NCBI RefSeq assembly: GCF_001194135.2
Contig: NC_068982.1
Coordinates: 123,520,965-123,561,396, forward strand
Source: Octopus bimaculoides
Taxonomy: Eukaryota
DNA: 40,432 bases
Reading direction: 5' to 3'
This document shows positions 11,212-23,223 of this stretch, piece by piece (the first letter of the stretch is position 1; each line of letters begins with the position of its first letter). The notes under the pieces were generated by a model. That model saw nothing but the letters and a program-made list of their open reading frames with translations, was not told where the DNA came from and ran no database searches. The position numbers were made by a program, and so were the translations under genes.

Positions 11212-11435
11212 TTAATAACAATTTCTGATTTAGACACAAGGCTAGAAATTCTGAGAAGGTATTAATCAATTACATTTACCTCAGTACTTGTCTGGTACTT
11301 TATTTTATTGACCCCAAAAAGGTGAAAGGCAAAGTTGACCTAGAAAGGATTAGAATTTGGAATGTAAAGATCTGGAAGAATTACTGCTAAGCAATTTTTC
11401 TGATACTCTAATGATTCTGCAAATTTACTGCGTTA
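11212..11435 (-). mobile_element. SINE family C, degraded
   Basis: gacacaaggctagaaatt...cctcagtacttgtctggtacttattttattgacccc...ggcaaagttgacc; reverse complement of 11811-12026. Confidence 0.75.
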
Positions 11436-11810
11436 TAAATATAATTAACAACAAATTATACATAGTCTGCTTTATTGTACTATTAGAACAGTCTCTGTTA
11501 TTGTCTATCTTATGATATCTAACCATTTTATGATATTCTTCACAATGAGTATGTCAGCATTGATGGGCATGACAGATGGGTACATTGCAAGATACAGTTT
11601 GATAACCACGGCTTTAGGAGATCTTAAAGTTAAGAAAAGGCTTATATTGGTTTTTAAATCTTACCTCTGGACATGGACAGAATCTGTAATCATATTCAAA
11701 CAGACAAACAAAATGGATATTATATAATATTTTATGTGGCCAATCATAAAAAACAAAACAAAACAAAGACCATAATCAGATCCTTTATTATTTTAATATT
11801 TTTAGGTTGT

Positions 11811-12026
11811 AAGGTGGCAAGCTGGTAAAATCGTTAGCATGCCAGGCAAAATGCTTAGCAGCATTTCATTCAACTCTACATTCTGAGTTCAAATTCCATC
11901 AATGTTGACTTTGTCTTTCATCCTTTCAGGGTCGATAAAATAAATACCAGTTGAGTACTTGGGTTGATGTAATTGACTTACCCCTCTCTTGAAATTGCCA
12001 CCTTTGTGCCAAAATTTGAAACCAAT
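11811..12026 (+). mobile_element. SINE family C, near full length
   Basis: aaggtggcaagctggtaaaatcgttagc...gagttcaaattcc (B-box-like) ...gttgactttgtctttcatcctttcagggtcgataaaataaataccag...gtgccaaaatttgaaacc. The central block resembles conserved SINE domains of Meta/Nin type (unverified). Confidence 0.8.
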
Positions 12027-12581
12027 ATTTGTAGGTTGTTGTTGCTGTTTAAGCACCATATCATCCATGATTAAGTAGGTCTAATGCATTTAAAAGGTAT
12101 TCCAGTTATGACCAGCTCATCATTTTTGTATATATGGGGTTACATTATCCAATATATTTTCCCTTATTTAAAACAGTTGATATTTTGATTTGAGGGTAAT
12201 TTGGCTGTTATTTCTAGTAGGCAACTGACTACATAGAGGTTCCCACCTTGGCTACTTTTCAATACATGTTATTTTCGATGTATAACATTGTCCTTGCTTT
12301 TAAATACAATCTGTTACGAGATCAAAGTGCTAAAATTATTATTAATCTGATGTTTTCCTGATAATTAATCCAATGTTTTGCTGATCGCATTAGCTAGCCT
12401 CCACTAGTAAACATTTTAACAGTCTTGAAGTCTACTTACTTTTTTTTAATACATTATTCTTTCTACTTCATTAATCCTAGCCGACAATTTACTTTTCAAA
12501 CTTATGCTTCTGCTATTTTGTGAATATTATGAACTGATTTTTACATTTGTTGCATTGTTGATGGTCCTAGCAACATTTTGA

Positions 12582-12730
12582 CATCATCATCATCATCATC
12601 ATTTAACTTCCATTTTCCATGATGGCATGGGTTGGATGATTTGGCAGGATCCAGCGAGCCTATGTCAGCTATGGTTCTGTTTCTGCAACAGGATGCCCTT
12701 CCTAATGCCAACCACTTTACAGCGTGTATG
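12582..12730 (-). mobile_element. (ATG)n-tailed RTE-3'-end/SINE fragment
   Basis: (CAT)n, ttccatgatggcatgggttggatg, ggatgcccttcctaatgccaaccact. Confidence 0.82.
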
Positions 12731-13014
12731 TCAGCCACTTTAGAAGATATTTAAAATATTATTATTAAACTTCACTGCACCAGAGTTCGTATATAGGTTT
12801 TTGCATTTGAATATATAGTATTTAGTTGAGAAGCAAAATTTTTCCAGTTACATTGTCTGTAAATATCAGTGACTTCCAATAATCATTTCTGAAGCCCCTA
12901 ACTAGTTCCATCCAGTTGATTTTTGAAACTCTAGTCTTTATGGCTGTCTAGTTCACTTTGAAATGTAGTGTCTTACAAGTCTAATAAATTCCAAAGAAGA
13001 AAATAGGAACAAGC

Positions 13015-13152
13015 ATGATTGTATGGTTAAAAAGCTTGCTTCCCAACCACATTGTCTTGAGTTCAGTCCCACTGTTGCACTCTAAGTAAATGTCTTCTAC
13101 CATAGTCCTAGGCCAATCAAAGTTGTGCATGTGGATTTGGTAGATGGAAACT
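13015..13152 (+). mobile_element. family A SINE head, degraded
   Basis: gcttgcttcccaaccacattgtcttgagttcagtcccactg...gtggatttggtagatggaaact. Confidence 0.75.
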
Positions 13153-13418
13153 CACCGCCTTATAAAAAAGTAATATTAAATGATGATGATGATGAAATGT
13201 ATGTGATCACCATTGCCTAATCTTATTATCCTTCTCAGATTGTGAACTAGATATTTTCTTCTTCAAAGAACAACTTAGATGTATTTCACCATCTTTTGGT
13301 GTAGATCCTCAATTTCATGTTGTGTTTGTGTGTCTCTTTATAACATCATATAAGTTGAGTGGTCCTCATCTTTCCATTGAGATACATAAGTTTTCAAACT
13401 ATAATTTCTGATAATTTT

Positions 13419-13757
13419 AGGTGAAGGCATGGTTGTATGGTTTCAGGTTCAATCCCACTGCATGGCACTTTGGGCAAGAGTTTTCTATAGAATTTGGGTG
13501 AAAGCCTGTCGTGTGAGTGTGTGTGTGTGTCTTAGTATTTGTGTTAGTCTCTTCTTCATTGCATGACTGCAAACCAACTCCCCACAGTTGGTTTGTTTGC
13601 TTCCCTGTAACTTTAGCAGTTTGGCATAAGAATCTGATACAATAAGTATCAGACTAAAAAATGAGTATTGAGGGGTGATTTGTTTAGTCAAACTCTTGAA
13701 AGAAGTACCTCAGAATGGCCACAGTCCAAATACTGAAACAAGTAAAAAATAAAAGAT
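13419..13757 (+). mobile_element. family A SINE, degraded near full length
   Basis: Head ggttcaatcccactgcatggcactttgggcaag, (TG)n, 3' end ...ggccacagtccaaatactgaaacaagtaaaaaataaaag. Confidence 0.72.
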
Positions 13758-13899
13758 TTGATCTGGCAGTCAGCTTGATAGGAATGGCCAGTAAAGCCTT
13801 TCCCTGTAGTGAGCAACAATACCAGAGATGGGTGGAATGTGTCCCTAAATTTCCTCTTGAGATGCTTTGAGTCCTCATGAAAAGTCTGGTATATATATA

Positions 13900-14100
13900 T
13901 ATTCTTTTACTTGTTTCACTCATTTGACTGTGGCTATGCTGGAGCACCACCTTTAGTTGAACAAATCGACCCCAGGACTTATTTTTTGTCAGCTTAGTAT
14001 TTATTCTATCAGTCTCTTTTGCCAAACTGCTAAGTTATGGGGACGTAAAAACACCAGCATCGGTTGTCAAGCGATGGTGGGGTGACAAACACACACAAAT
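13900..14100 (-). mobile_element. family A SINE 3' half
   Basis: cttttacttgtttcactcatttgactgtggctatgctggagcaccacc...caccagcatcggttgtcaagcgatg; reverse complement of 23400-23592. Confidence 0.85.
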
Positions 14101-14102
14101 AT

Positions 14103-14139
<37 letters not shown>

Positions 14140-14837
14140 NNNNNNNNNNNNNNNNNNNNNNNNNNNNNNNNNNNNNNNNNNNNNNNNNNNNNNNNNNNNN
14201 NNNNNNNNNNNNNNNNNNNNNNNNNNNNNNNNNNNNNNNNNNNNNNNNNNNNNNNNNNNNNNNNNNNNNNNNNNNNNNNNNNNNNNNNNNNNNNNNNNNN
14301 NNNNNNNNNNNNNNNNNNNNNNNNNNNNNNNNNNNNNNNNNNNNNNNNNNNNNNNNNNNNNNNNNNNNNNNNNNNNNNNNNNNNNNNNNNNNNNNNNNNN
14401 NNNNNNNNNNNNNNNNNNNNNNNNNNNNNNNNNNNNNNNNNNNNNNNNNNNNNNNNNNNNNNNNNNNNNNNNNNNNNNNNNNNNNNNNNNNNNNNNNNNN
14501 NNNNNNNNNNNNNNNNNNNNNNNNNNNNNNNNNNNNNNNNNNNNNNNNNNNNNNNNNNNNNNNNNNNNNNNNNNNNNNNNNNNNNNNNNNNNNNNNNNNN
14601 NNNNNNNNNNNNNNNNNNNNNNNNNNNNNNNNNNNNNNNNNNNNNNNNNNNNNNNNNNNNNNNNNNNNNNNNNNNNNNNNNNNNNNNNNNNNNNNNNNNN
14701 NNNNNNNNNNNNNNNNNNNNNNNNNNNNNNNNNNNNNNNNNNNNNNNNNNNNNNNNNNNNNNNNNNNNNNNNNNNNNNNNNNNNNNNNNNNNNNNNNNNN
14801 NNNNNNNNNNNNNNNNNNNNNNNNNNNNNNNNNNNNN
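14140..14837. other. assembly gap (N)
   Basis: Direct. Confidence 0.99.
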
Positions 14838-14998
14838 ACTACACTCTCTGAGTGGTTGGCGTTAGGAAGGGCATCCAGCTGTAGAAACTCTGCCAAATCA
14901 GATTGGAGCCTGGTGTAGCCATCTGGTTTCACCAGTCCTCAGTCAACTCGTCCAACCCATGCTAGCATGGAAAGCGGACGTTAAACGATGATGATGAT
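14838..14998 (+). mobile_element. (ATG)n-tailed RTE-3'-end/SINE, little diverged
   Basis: gagtggttggcgttaggaagggcatccagctgtagaaactctgcc...gcatggaaagcggacgttaaacgatgatgatgat. Confidence 0.88.
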
Positions 14999-15017
14999 AT
15001 ATATATATATACATACA

Positions 15018-15167
15018 ACAAGCTTCTTTCAGTTTCTGTCTACCAAATCCACTCACAAGGCTTTGGTCGGCCCAAGGCTATAGTAGAAGACACTTGCCCA
15101 AAGTGTCACGCAGTGGAACTGAACTTGGAACCATGTGGTTGGGAAGCAAGCTTCTTACCACACAGCC
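15018..15167 (-). mobile_element. family A SINE head
   Basis: cttctttcagtttctgtctaccaaatccactcacaaggctttggtcggcc...accatgtggttgggaagcaagcttcttaccacacagcct. Confidence 0.87.
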
Positions 15168-15324
15168 TTATATATAGATCAAATGATCTTAGGTGATTAG
15201 GATTTATTTGATATATTTCCATTCTTTAGTAGATATAAAATTTTAATTTTTCTTAGATTTTTTTCTGAGTTTGGACAATTTAATAAGCATCTTCTTTTCA
15301 TTACAGCTGTGAAATCTTTTCTTG

Positions 15325-15735
15325 TACTTATTTTAGTCATTAGACAACAGCCATGCTGCGGTACCATCTGGAAGAATTTTTAGTCAAATGAATTGACCCC
15401 CAGTGGTTGTTTTTTTTTTTCTTTGAAGCCTGGTACTTACTCTATTGGTGTCTTTTTATCGGACTGCTATGTTACAGGGATGTAAACATACCAACACTGG
15501 TTGTCAAGTGGTGGTGGGGGACAAACACAGACACAAACACACACACGCATACGCGTGCACGCACACACACACACACGCATACGCGTGCACGCACACACAC
15601 ACACACACACGATGGGCTTCTTACATTTTCTGTCTACCAAATCCACTCACAAGGCTTAGGTTGGTTGAAGGTTACAGTGGACTGAACCGGGAATCATGTG
15701 GTTGAGAAGCAAACTTCTTAACACACACCCATGCT
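15325..15735 (-). mobile_element. family A SINE, degraded, with internal (CA)n
   Basis: Reverse-complement matches to both the 3' body and the head of family A. Confidence 0.75.
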
Positions 15736-16190
15736 TAATGTTCCTATTCTGTGGGGAAAAAAATTGAATGCAATATTATTCTTATTTTGAATTTCATATT
15801 AAACTAAAACTTGCTTAAAAAAGCCACCTTAGATGCAATCATGTCACTCCATTTTTTTTCTATGTTTACCCATGAGTAATGAATATTGATACAAATGCAC
15901 CAGATTTCTAATATTTAATTCATGTTTGTAATTTGGGGAGAATTGCTTCTAAATTATCTCTTGTCTCTTAAGTTCTTTTTTATGTGTCTTCATTGCTCCT
16001 TGCCACCATAATATCAAGAGATCATATCAGCTACACACCGACAAAGTAATATAATTTTATTTATTTATTGTAATTTACAAGTAAATTATCTCTTAATTTT
16101 TTTTATCAATGATGATGTGTGTTAATAATTGGGACAAACTGTTACTGTTCACTTAGTTTACTATTAAAGTCAACCTATACCACTATAAAC

Positions 16191-16362
16191 AAGGCAAGCG
16201 AGCAGAATTGTTAACACACTGGCATTTTTTTCCAGCTCTTTACATTCCGAGTTCAAATCCAGCCAAGGTCTACTTTTCCTTTTATCCCTTTTGACTACCA
16301 GTCAAGTGCCTGGGTTGATGTAGTCAACTTGTTACCCTCACTCAAAATAGTTGGCCTTGAAC
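16191..16362 (+). mobile_element. SINE family C, degraded
   Basis: aaggcaagcgagcagaattgttaacac...ccgagttcaaatcc...ggtctacttttccttttatccc...gggttgatgtagtcaactt. Confidence 0.68.
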
Positions 16363-16636
16363 CTTTAATGAATCAGTATCCTGTTCAAGAAAAACATTGT
16401 AATATTGATCACTTATACACCATAGAAACTGAGTAACTGGTCTTATGTTTCCTAGGGCTCAAGGAAAAAAATAATGCATTAGCTTTGTCAAATAGTTAGC
16501 AAGAACTATATAGTTCTGCATAGACAGCAAGAAAATTAACATTGTAGCCTAATGACCTGAAAAGATAATTATAGATGATCAGCTGAAAGACTGAGTTTGT
16601 GGGCTAAAATACCTCCCCTCTCAAAATAGTTTTTTC

Positions 16637-16924
16637 TTTTGTCTTGCAAGTGCAACTTAAAAGCACCCAGTCTACACTATAAAGTGGTTGGCATTTGGAA
16701 GGGCATCCAGCTGCGAAAACCTTGCTAAAACTGACCTTGCCTGTGCTTGTGCCACATAAAAATCACTAAGTCCACTCTGCTGAGTGGTTGGTGTTAGGAA
16801 GGGCATCCAGCTGTAAAAGTCCTGTCAAAACAGTTGCAGAAGTCTGGTGCAGGTAGACTGGCCGGCTCTTGTCAAACTATCCTACCCATGGAAGGCAGAC
16901 ATTAAACAATGATGATGATGATGA
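16637..16924 (+). mobile_element. (ATG)n-tailed element with duplicated core motif
   Basis: gtggttgg..ggaagggcatccagctg occurs twice (about 16683 and 16784); same layout as 30081-30415 on the minus strand. Confidence 0.82.
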
Positions 16925-17857
16925 CTTTCCAATGGTAAAATTAAAAAAAGCTTAGGTGAGATTTAAGGTACAAGAAAAAAGTCAGTCACTTGTTTTTGTC
17001 CATCTGTGGTTTAAGTATTTTGACTATCTGAATGTCACATTTGGCCAACATTCTGGTTGGTTGGTTGACTTTTGTTTATTAACAGTTTTGATAACCTGTT
17101 TTTAACCACTGATGATCCAGTACTCTAGGTGGTTGATTTTCTGCATGTCATTTGTTTGTGAAATGTTTTGGTGTTTTGTTTTTGTGTGAAGGCCACCCAG
17201 TGTTCCGGTTGGCTGATTCCCTCAAGCTGTTGCTTGTTTGGGTCAGCTGAATATCTATTTATTTTATCCTGGGTTTTGACCAACAAAAAATCTAATTAGT
17301 TAAGCCTAGGTTTAAGTCAGCAAATAGCAATGAGAAAGTGAAAAGTATAATTGTACAGTAATTTGAAGTTAGGGTTTCAAATCCCAGAGGAAGCCTGATA
17401 CTTCAACTTTTGATTTATTTCTGTTGCTTCTGGTCATTTTTGGAGAATAAATTGAATGTTCACATTTTAGTGTATTTAGGTGTAGATCATATTTCTTAAT
17501 AAACACATTTTCCTTATTTAATTGAGATTAGACTGAAGTATTTTTGATGCATTGATATAGAAGGAAGATTTAGATTTTGGATTTTTGTTCATAGAGTAGA
17601 GAATTTTCATAGTTGTGGGGTCTTGAATTTATTGCCTGAGTACCATCACTACATTCTTTTTATCTCCTTTATCCATGTATCTTCTCTATAGTAAGACACC
17701 TATGCTTGCCACTCTATTATACTTTTAGCCTTTCAACAACTGACATAAATCCACTTGTCTCCACCTTCTACCAAATACTTCTTAGAAGTAAGAGTTTCTC
17801 GCCTTTCCTTTGTGTTCTTTTATGTCTTGCAAATTTTTATGGCAACCTCCCGATTAT

Positions 17858-18043
17858 CAGGGGCATGTAAGAAGCATCCAATTCACTTTGTAAAGTGGTT
17901 GGCTTTAGAAAGGGCATAATGCTATAATAACCATGTGAAAGATGACATTTTAGTTTGACACAGCCTTGTGGCTCCTTGGTTCCTGTCAAAGTGCTAACAT
18001 GGAAAGTAGGTTGTAAACACTGAGGGTGATGATGATGATGATG
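17858..18043 (+). mobile_element. old (ATG)n-tailed element
   Basis: gtaaagtggttggctttagaaagggcat...catggaaagtagg...gatgatgatgatga. Confidence 0.65.
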
Positions 18044-18309
18044 AGCAATGAAAGCTCCAGTGAGAATATAAATGGCTTCCTTGTGAGTTTTAGTCCTTGA
18101 TATTTCTATCAAGCTATATTTTTCCCTTTAGTTTTACTGACATTTATTACTATGATTCTGAGAAAACCTAACAAGGATGGACATTCAGCTTGAAAATAAA
18201 TGTCAGCATTTTTAGAACTGTTTACTAATTCCTTCATCATCAGCAAACGTAAAAGTCTGCCGAGACTGCAGATGAACACAGAAAGTTCAATGTATATTCA
18301 ATAGTTAAT

Positions 18310-18960
18310 ATTAATAATAATTGTTTCTAACATAGGTATGAGGTCTGAAATTTGGTAGCAGAATAGGGGTGGGGATTGAGGGTAGTTGATTGCGTTGACT
18401 TCATAACTTGATTAATACTTTATTTTATCAACCCTGTAGGGAATGTTATTTTGGCAGGACTTGAACTCAGAACATAAAGAGTTATAAGAAATATTACAAG
18501 GCATTATTTCTCAATGTTCTAATAATGGTTTCTGATTTAGACACAAGGCCAGCAATTTTGAGGAGAGGGAATTAGTTGATATCAGAACTAGACTGGTACT
18601 TGCTTTTATCACTCTACCTCTCAAAGGATAAAAGGCAAATTTGGTCTGAACTCAGAACATGGGGAGTTAAAAGAAATACCACTTGGTATTTTCTCTGATG
18701 TTGTAATGATTCTGCCAGCTCACCACCTTTCCAATACTCTAAAATTGGTTTCAAAATTTGGCACAAGGTCAGCCAGTTTGAGGACGGGTTAAGTTGATTA
18801 CATCAACCCCAGTACTCAACTGGTACTTATTTCATCAACCCTGAAAGGACGAAATCAAAGTCAACCTCAACAGAATTTGAACTCAGAATGTAAAGATGGA
18901 CAAAATGCCACTTAGCATTTTGCCTGACATGCTAATGATTCTGCCAGCTCGCTGCCTTCC
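18310..18960 (-). mobile_element. three consecutive family C SINE copies (about 18310-18520, 18525-18730, 18742-18960)
   Basis: Three successive ggtttc..tt(ag/gg)(a/g)cacaagg...tgaactcagaac/atg...tgattctgccagctc blocks; the third is best preserved. Confidence 0.78.
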
Positions 18961-20344
18961 TGATGCTCTAATAATAAAAACAGCAGTTAGATGCTTTGAG
19001 AATAAGTGCAAAAACTTCATACTGCATAGTAATTGACCTGAATAAATGACTGGTAACTTGCTACTTACTTCATAATAAGCAACACTAGATCTGTAATTAC
19101 AAATAATTATTAAATAAATTGACAGTTAACGCTCATTGTCACAAGGTATTTTTAATTTGTTAGGAAGTAGATATCATACCAGAATGTAACACTAGATTGC
19201 TGCAGTTTGTATTTGACAGGTGTAAACTGAAAACATAAACTTTATTCTATGCATTCATCATTTATAAGATAACAGAAAATAAGAGAATTAAAATTTGAAT
19301 GACTAGGAGGTACAATGCTATTACTGCCAAAATGTGAAGACATTTTCCAATTTTCTGGCATAACTGTTTGAATGCTGGTAATTTGGCATAACTGAGTGGA
19401 CACTGAACCTATTTTGGTGGCAGTACTTATTGGTATAGAAACAAACACACATGCATTTGCAGAAATATACACATACAGATGGACAGAAAGACAGATAGAC
19501 AGCTGACAAACAGAGAAAGAGAGAGAGACATTGCAATTTATTAATTGAACATGATTAACATAAGCACTTTCCCTCAAACACATAAAACAGAGAGAGAAAA
19601 AGAGAGATTAAAATGGGTAAAACATTAAACGGTTGATGTCAAATAAGTTGGCAGCACCAAAGAGGTGGACCAAAACAGGTGTGCTTAAAACCTCTCATAT
19701 TCTTCTCTGTTAATAGTTTTCATAAGTCCTAAGCAACATAAGAGAAGTAAATTGGTTTCTAACAACATAAATTAATTGCCAGACTCAGTTCATCAGGAGG
19801 AATTCCAACCATGTTTTGTGGTTCGCTACCTCGACAGCTCCTTTATAGGATCCAGTGGCTAAGGACATCATCAGGAGGAGCCACGTCCAGTTTTGGCCCC
19901 TACTCCTCTACCGTTTCGGAGGTGTCTTCAGTTTTGGTGTCAAGTGCATTCTTTTTCTTTTTCTTTTTTTTTCTCTGGCCTTTTGTTCTTTGGTTTCTTC
20001 GATGCAACATCAACGAATATCAGCAAGCAAATGACCATCCTGCCAAATTTTCCTTTAAATACTCACCGGTAAGCTCCAGCAGCCAGTGCCAGCTAACTGT
20101 CACATGACACAATCTAAGCTTCAACTGACCAATGGAGGAGAAGGGCATGTAATTTTGGCCCATGCCCTCTCTAGACCTACCTTTCAAGAGAGTCATGTTA
20201 GTTTCAGTTCCAAATACTAGTTATTTAGACACGACTGTCTTTTTTTTATAAAGTTACTGTCATTTTATTAATCTTAATGTGATGAAAGTTGAAGTAGAAT
20301 CCTGCAGGATATGAATCAAGACACTGGGAAAATGAAACAGACCA

Positions 20345-20935
20345 TAACCCATGGCCTATGCCAGTGGTGTAACCAGCCCACTTAGGCATACCTTTCTTTC
20401 ATTGGACACTAAACTTTGCTTGTGAAAACCTGTTGAGGCAAGTGAAATCGAAATCAAATTCGATGACAGCACTGCATGACTGGCATCCGTGCTAGTGGAG
20501 TGCTGAGAGCACCATCCGAGTGTGATCGTTGCCAGGGCCACTGACTGGCTCCCATGCCAGTGGCATGTAAAATGCACCATTCGAACGTGATCGTTACCAG
20601 CATTGCCTTACTGGCACTTGTGCCGGTGGTACGTGAAAAACAACATTCAAGCAAGGGCGTTGCCAGTGCCACTGGACTGGCTCCTGTGAAGGTGACATGT
20701 AAAAACACCATTTGAGTGTGACTGTTGCCAGTACCACCTGACTGGCCCTCGTACTGGTGGCACGTAAAAGCACCCACTACACTCTTGGAGTGGTTGGCAT
20801 TAGGAAGGGCATCCAGCTGTAGAAACTCTGCCAGATTGGAGCCTGGTGCAGCCATCTGGCTCACCAGTCCCCAGTCAAACTGTTCAACCCATGCCAGCAT
20901 GGAAAGCGGACGTTAAACGATGATGATGATGATGA
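20345..20935 (+). mobile_element. long (ATG)n-tailed RTE-3'-end element with four ~65-bp subrepeats
   Basis: cattggacactaaactttgcttgtgaaaacctgttgaggcaagtgaaatc; caccat units near 20510/20575/20641/20706; core and (GAT)n tail. Confidence 0.87.
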
Positions 20936-21190
20936 GAACTTAGCTATATTTGCTATATTCCCAGTGGCCTCTATAAATAGTGTAGCAGTTTGCTTCTAGC
21001 TTCATTCATTGCATTATCCTCTGATAAATCTTACATTATCAGCTAGGTCACAAAGCTGAGTCTAGTTGAACTAAAAGAATATGTACTAGAAGGTGATTGT
21101 AATCCCATATCTGGAAGATCTTGTTAAGAGAAGAAAAACTCCCTCAATACTACTTTCCCCAGTTGAGGGGATTTTGTCTTGCAAATTATT

Positions 21191-21397
21191 TGGTGACCCC
21201 AATAGTGCTGGTGCCACGGAAAATGCACCAGTACATTCTGTAAAAAGGTTGGCATTAGGAAGAGCATCCAGCTATAGAAACCATGTAAAAACAGACAATA
21301 CAGCTTGGCATAGTCCTCTAGCTTGTCGCCTCTTCTCAATCCATCCAGTCCATGCGAGCATAGAAGATGGATGTTAAATGATGATGATGATGATGAT
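21191..21397 (+). mobile_element. (ATG)n-tailed element
   Basis: ggttggcattaggaagagcatccagctatagaaacc...gatgttaaatgatgatgatgatgatgat. Confidence 0.78.
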
Positions 21398-21531
21398 ATC
21401 CCCTTCACACCTACACAAACACACATTCATACTTGCATAAATTTTGCCCTAGTGACATTTTGAATGATCATGCAGGTTCTGAAATTCATAGGTTCAAGTC
21501 AATCAATTTCTCATCAAGGTCCTTTGTACAT

Positions 21532-21682
21532 TGCGTGTTACACATAAGTAATGTCTGTTTACACACACATACATACACATATGTATAGACATTATACATA
21601 TGTATACTCTTATGCATATATATATATATGCATGCATGCATACACACTAGCACACGCATACATACATATTTACATACACACA
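21532..21682 (+). repeat. 151-bp direct repeat, copy 1 (copy 2 at 22423-22573)
   Basis: Compared base by base: identical at offset 891, including microsatellite run lengths. Confidence 0.9.
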
Positions 21683-21737
21683 CACACACACATATACAGA
21701 GAGCGCGGTGCGCGTATACGAGCACAGACATTTACAC

Positions 21738-22040
21738 NNNNNNNNNNNNNNNNNNNNNNNNNNNNNNNNNNNNNNNNNNNNNNNNNNNNNNNNNNNNNNN
21801 NNNNNNNNNNNNNNNNNNNNNNNNNNNNNNNNNNNNNNNNNNNNNNNNNNNNNNNNNNNNNNNNNNNNNNNNNNNNNNNNNNNNNNNNNNNNNNNNNNNN
21901 NNNNNNNNNNNNNNNNNNNNNNNNNNNNNNNNNNNNNNNNNNNNNNNNNNNNNNNNNNNNNNNNNNNNNNNNNNNNNNNNNNNNNNNNNNNNNNNNNNNN
22001 NNNNNNNNNNNNNNNNNNNNNNNNNNNNNNNNNNNNNNNN
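21738..22040. other. assembly gap (N)
   Basis: Direct. Confidence 0.99.
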
Positions 22041-22422
22041 TATATACATATATATATATATATATATACATACATATAGATAATTACATACGTACATACA
22101 TACATACTTACATACATACATGCGTACATACATACATGCGTACATACATACATACACACATAATATATAGGCATAAATGCTCATGCAAACATACATACAC
22201 ACATGCATATATATCGTATGTAGTCGATGGTGTATACATATGCACATACACATACACATATTTAGAAATGTGTGTGCATGTGTGTATCTATCTGTCTGTC
22301 TGTTTGTCCGACTGTCTATCCGTCAGTCTGTGTGTCTGTATAAATGTATGCATATATCAATATATACATCATCGTTTAATGTCCGTCTTCCATGATGGCA
22401 TATATATATATATATATATGTG

Positions 22423-22573
22423 TGCGTGTTACACATAAGTAATGTCTGTTTACACACACATACATACACATATGTATAGACATTATACATATGTATACTC
22501 TTATGCATATATATATATATGCATGCATGCATACACACTAGCACACGCATACATACATATTTACATACACACA
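22423..22573 (+). repeat. 151-bp direct repeat, copy 2
   Basis: Identical to 21532-21682. Confidence 0.9.
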
Positions 22574-23164
22574 TATTCATAGATATAAATATATTCACAC
22601 ACATGCACACAAAGATATACACGTGTGTATGAATATATACACAAGACACACGTTAGTCAGATGTACTAAGGTGGATGTGTGTGTGTGTGTGTGTGCATAA
22701 CAGTAGGCAGCAGCTGAGTATCTAGTTACCGCTATTAGAATGTTGATATTATGTTGACCTAACAGGAAATGGAGAGATAAAAGAAGAAAAAGGATTCGCT
22801 CTAGCGATAGGTAAAGTTACCTTTAAAAGGTACTGACATAGCTCGAGCGTTGTATAAACTGTTAATTGATGCAATGCTTTCTGTTAATTTTAGCAGGAGT
22901 CTTTGATGGGGTGTTAAGGTTTGTGAGATACTTGGTAAATCACTATAAGAGTAGGATAGGGGTTAGTGTTTAGAATGTGTATTTGGGTCATATATTGTAG
23001 TCTAGTTTCATTGGGTGAAAATTAAGTAGTAAACTGCCTCAGATCGGGCAGAGAGTCGTTTATTGGATAAGAGATACATTAATGTAAAGACGGGGAAATT
23101 ATATACTATATACTATGATATAGAAGTAGGCTGATGTAAAGAATGGGAAGATAGAGTACTATGT

Positions 23165-23222
23165 TATATTATTACTGTCTTATTTTATATTATTATATTA
23201 TTACTGCCTTATTTTATATTAT
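23165..23222. repeat. 2 x 29-bp tandem duplication
   Basis: tatattattactg(t/c)cttattttatattat twice, one mismatch. Confidence 0.85.
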
Positions 23223-23223
23223 T

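Noticed and set aside
11677-11695. Minus-strand 19-bp micro-exon (tacag|attctgtccatgtccagag|gtaaga)
   Set aside because: Good-looking splice signals, but such short matches occur by chance and there is no supporting gene context; needs RNA-seq.
18205-18245. Hammerhead-like CTGATGA...AAACAG on the minus strand
   Set aside because: No stem II pairing or GAAA/NUH; too decayed to call.
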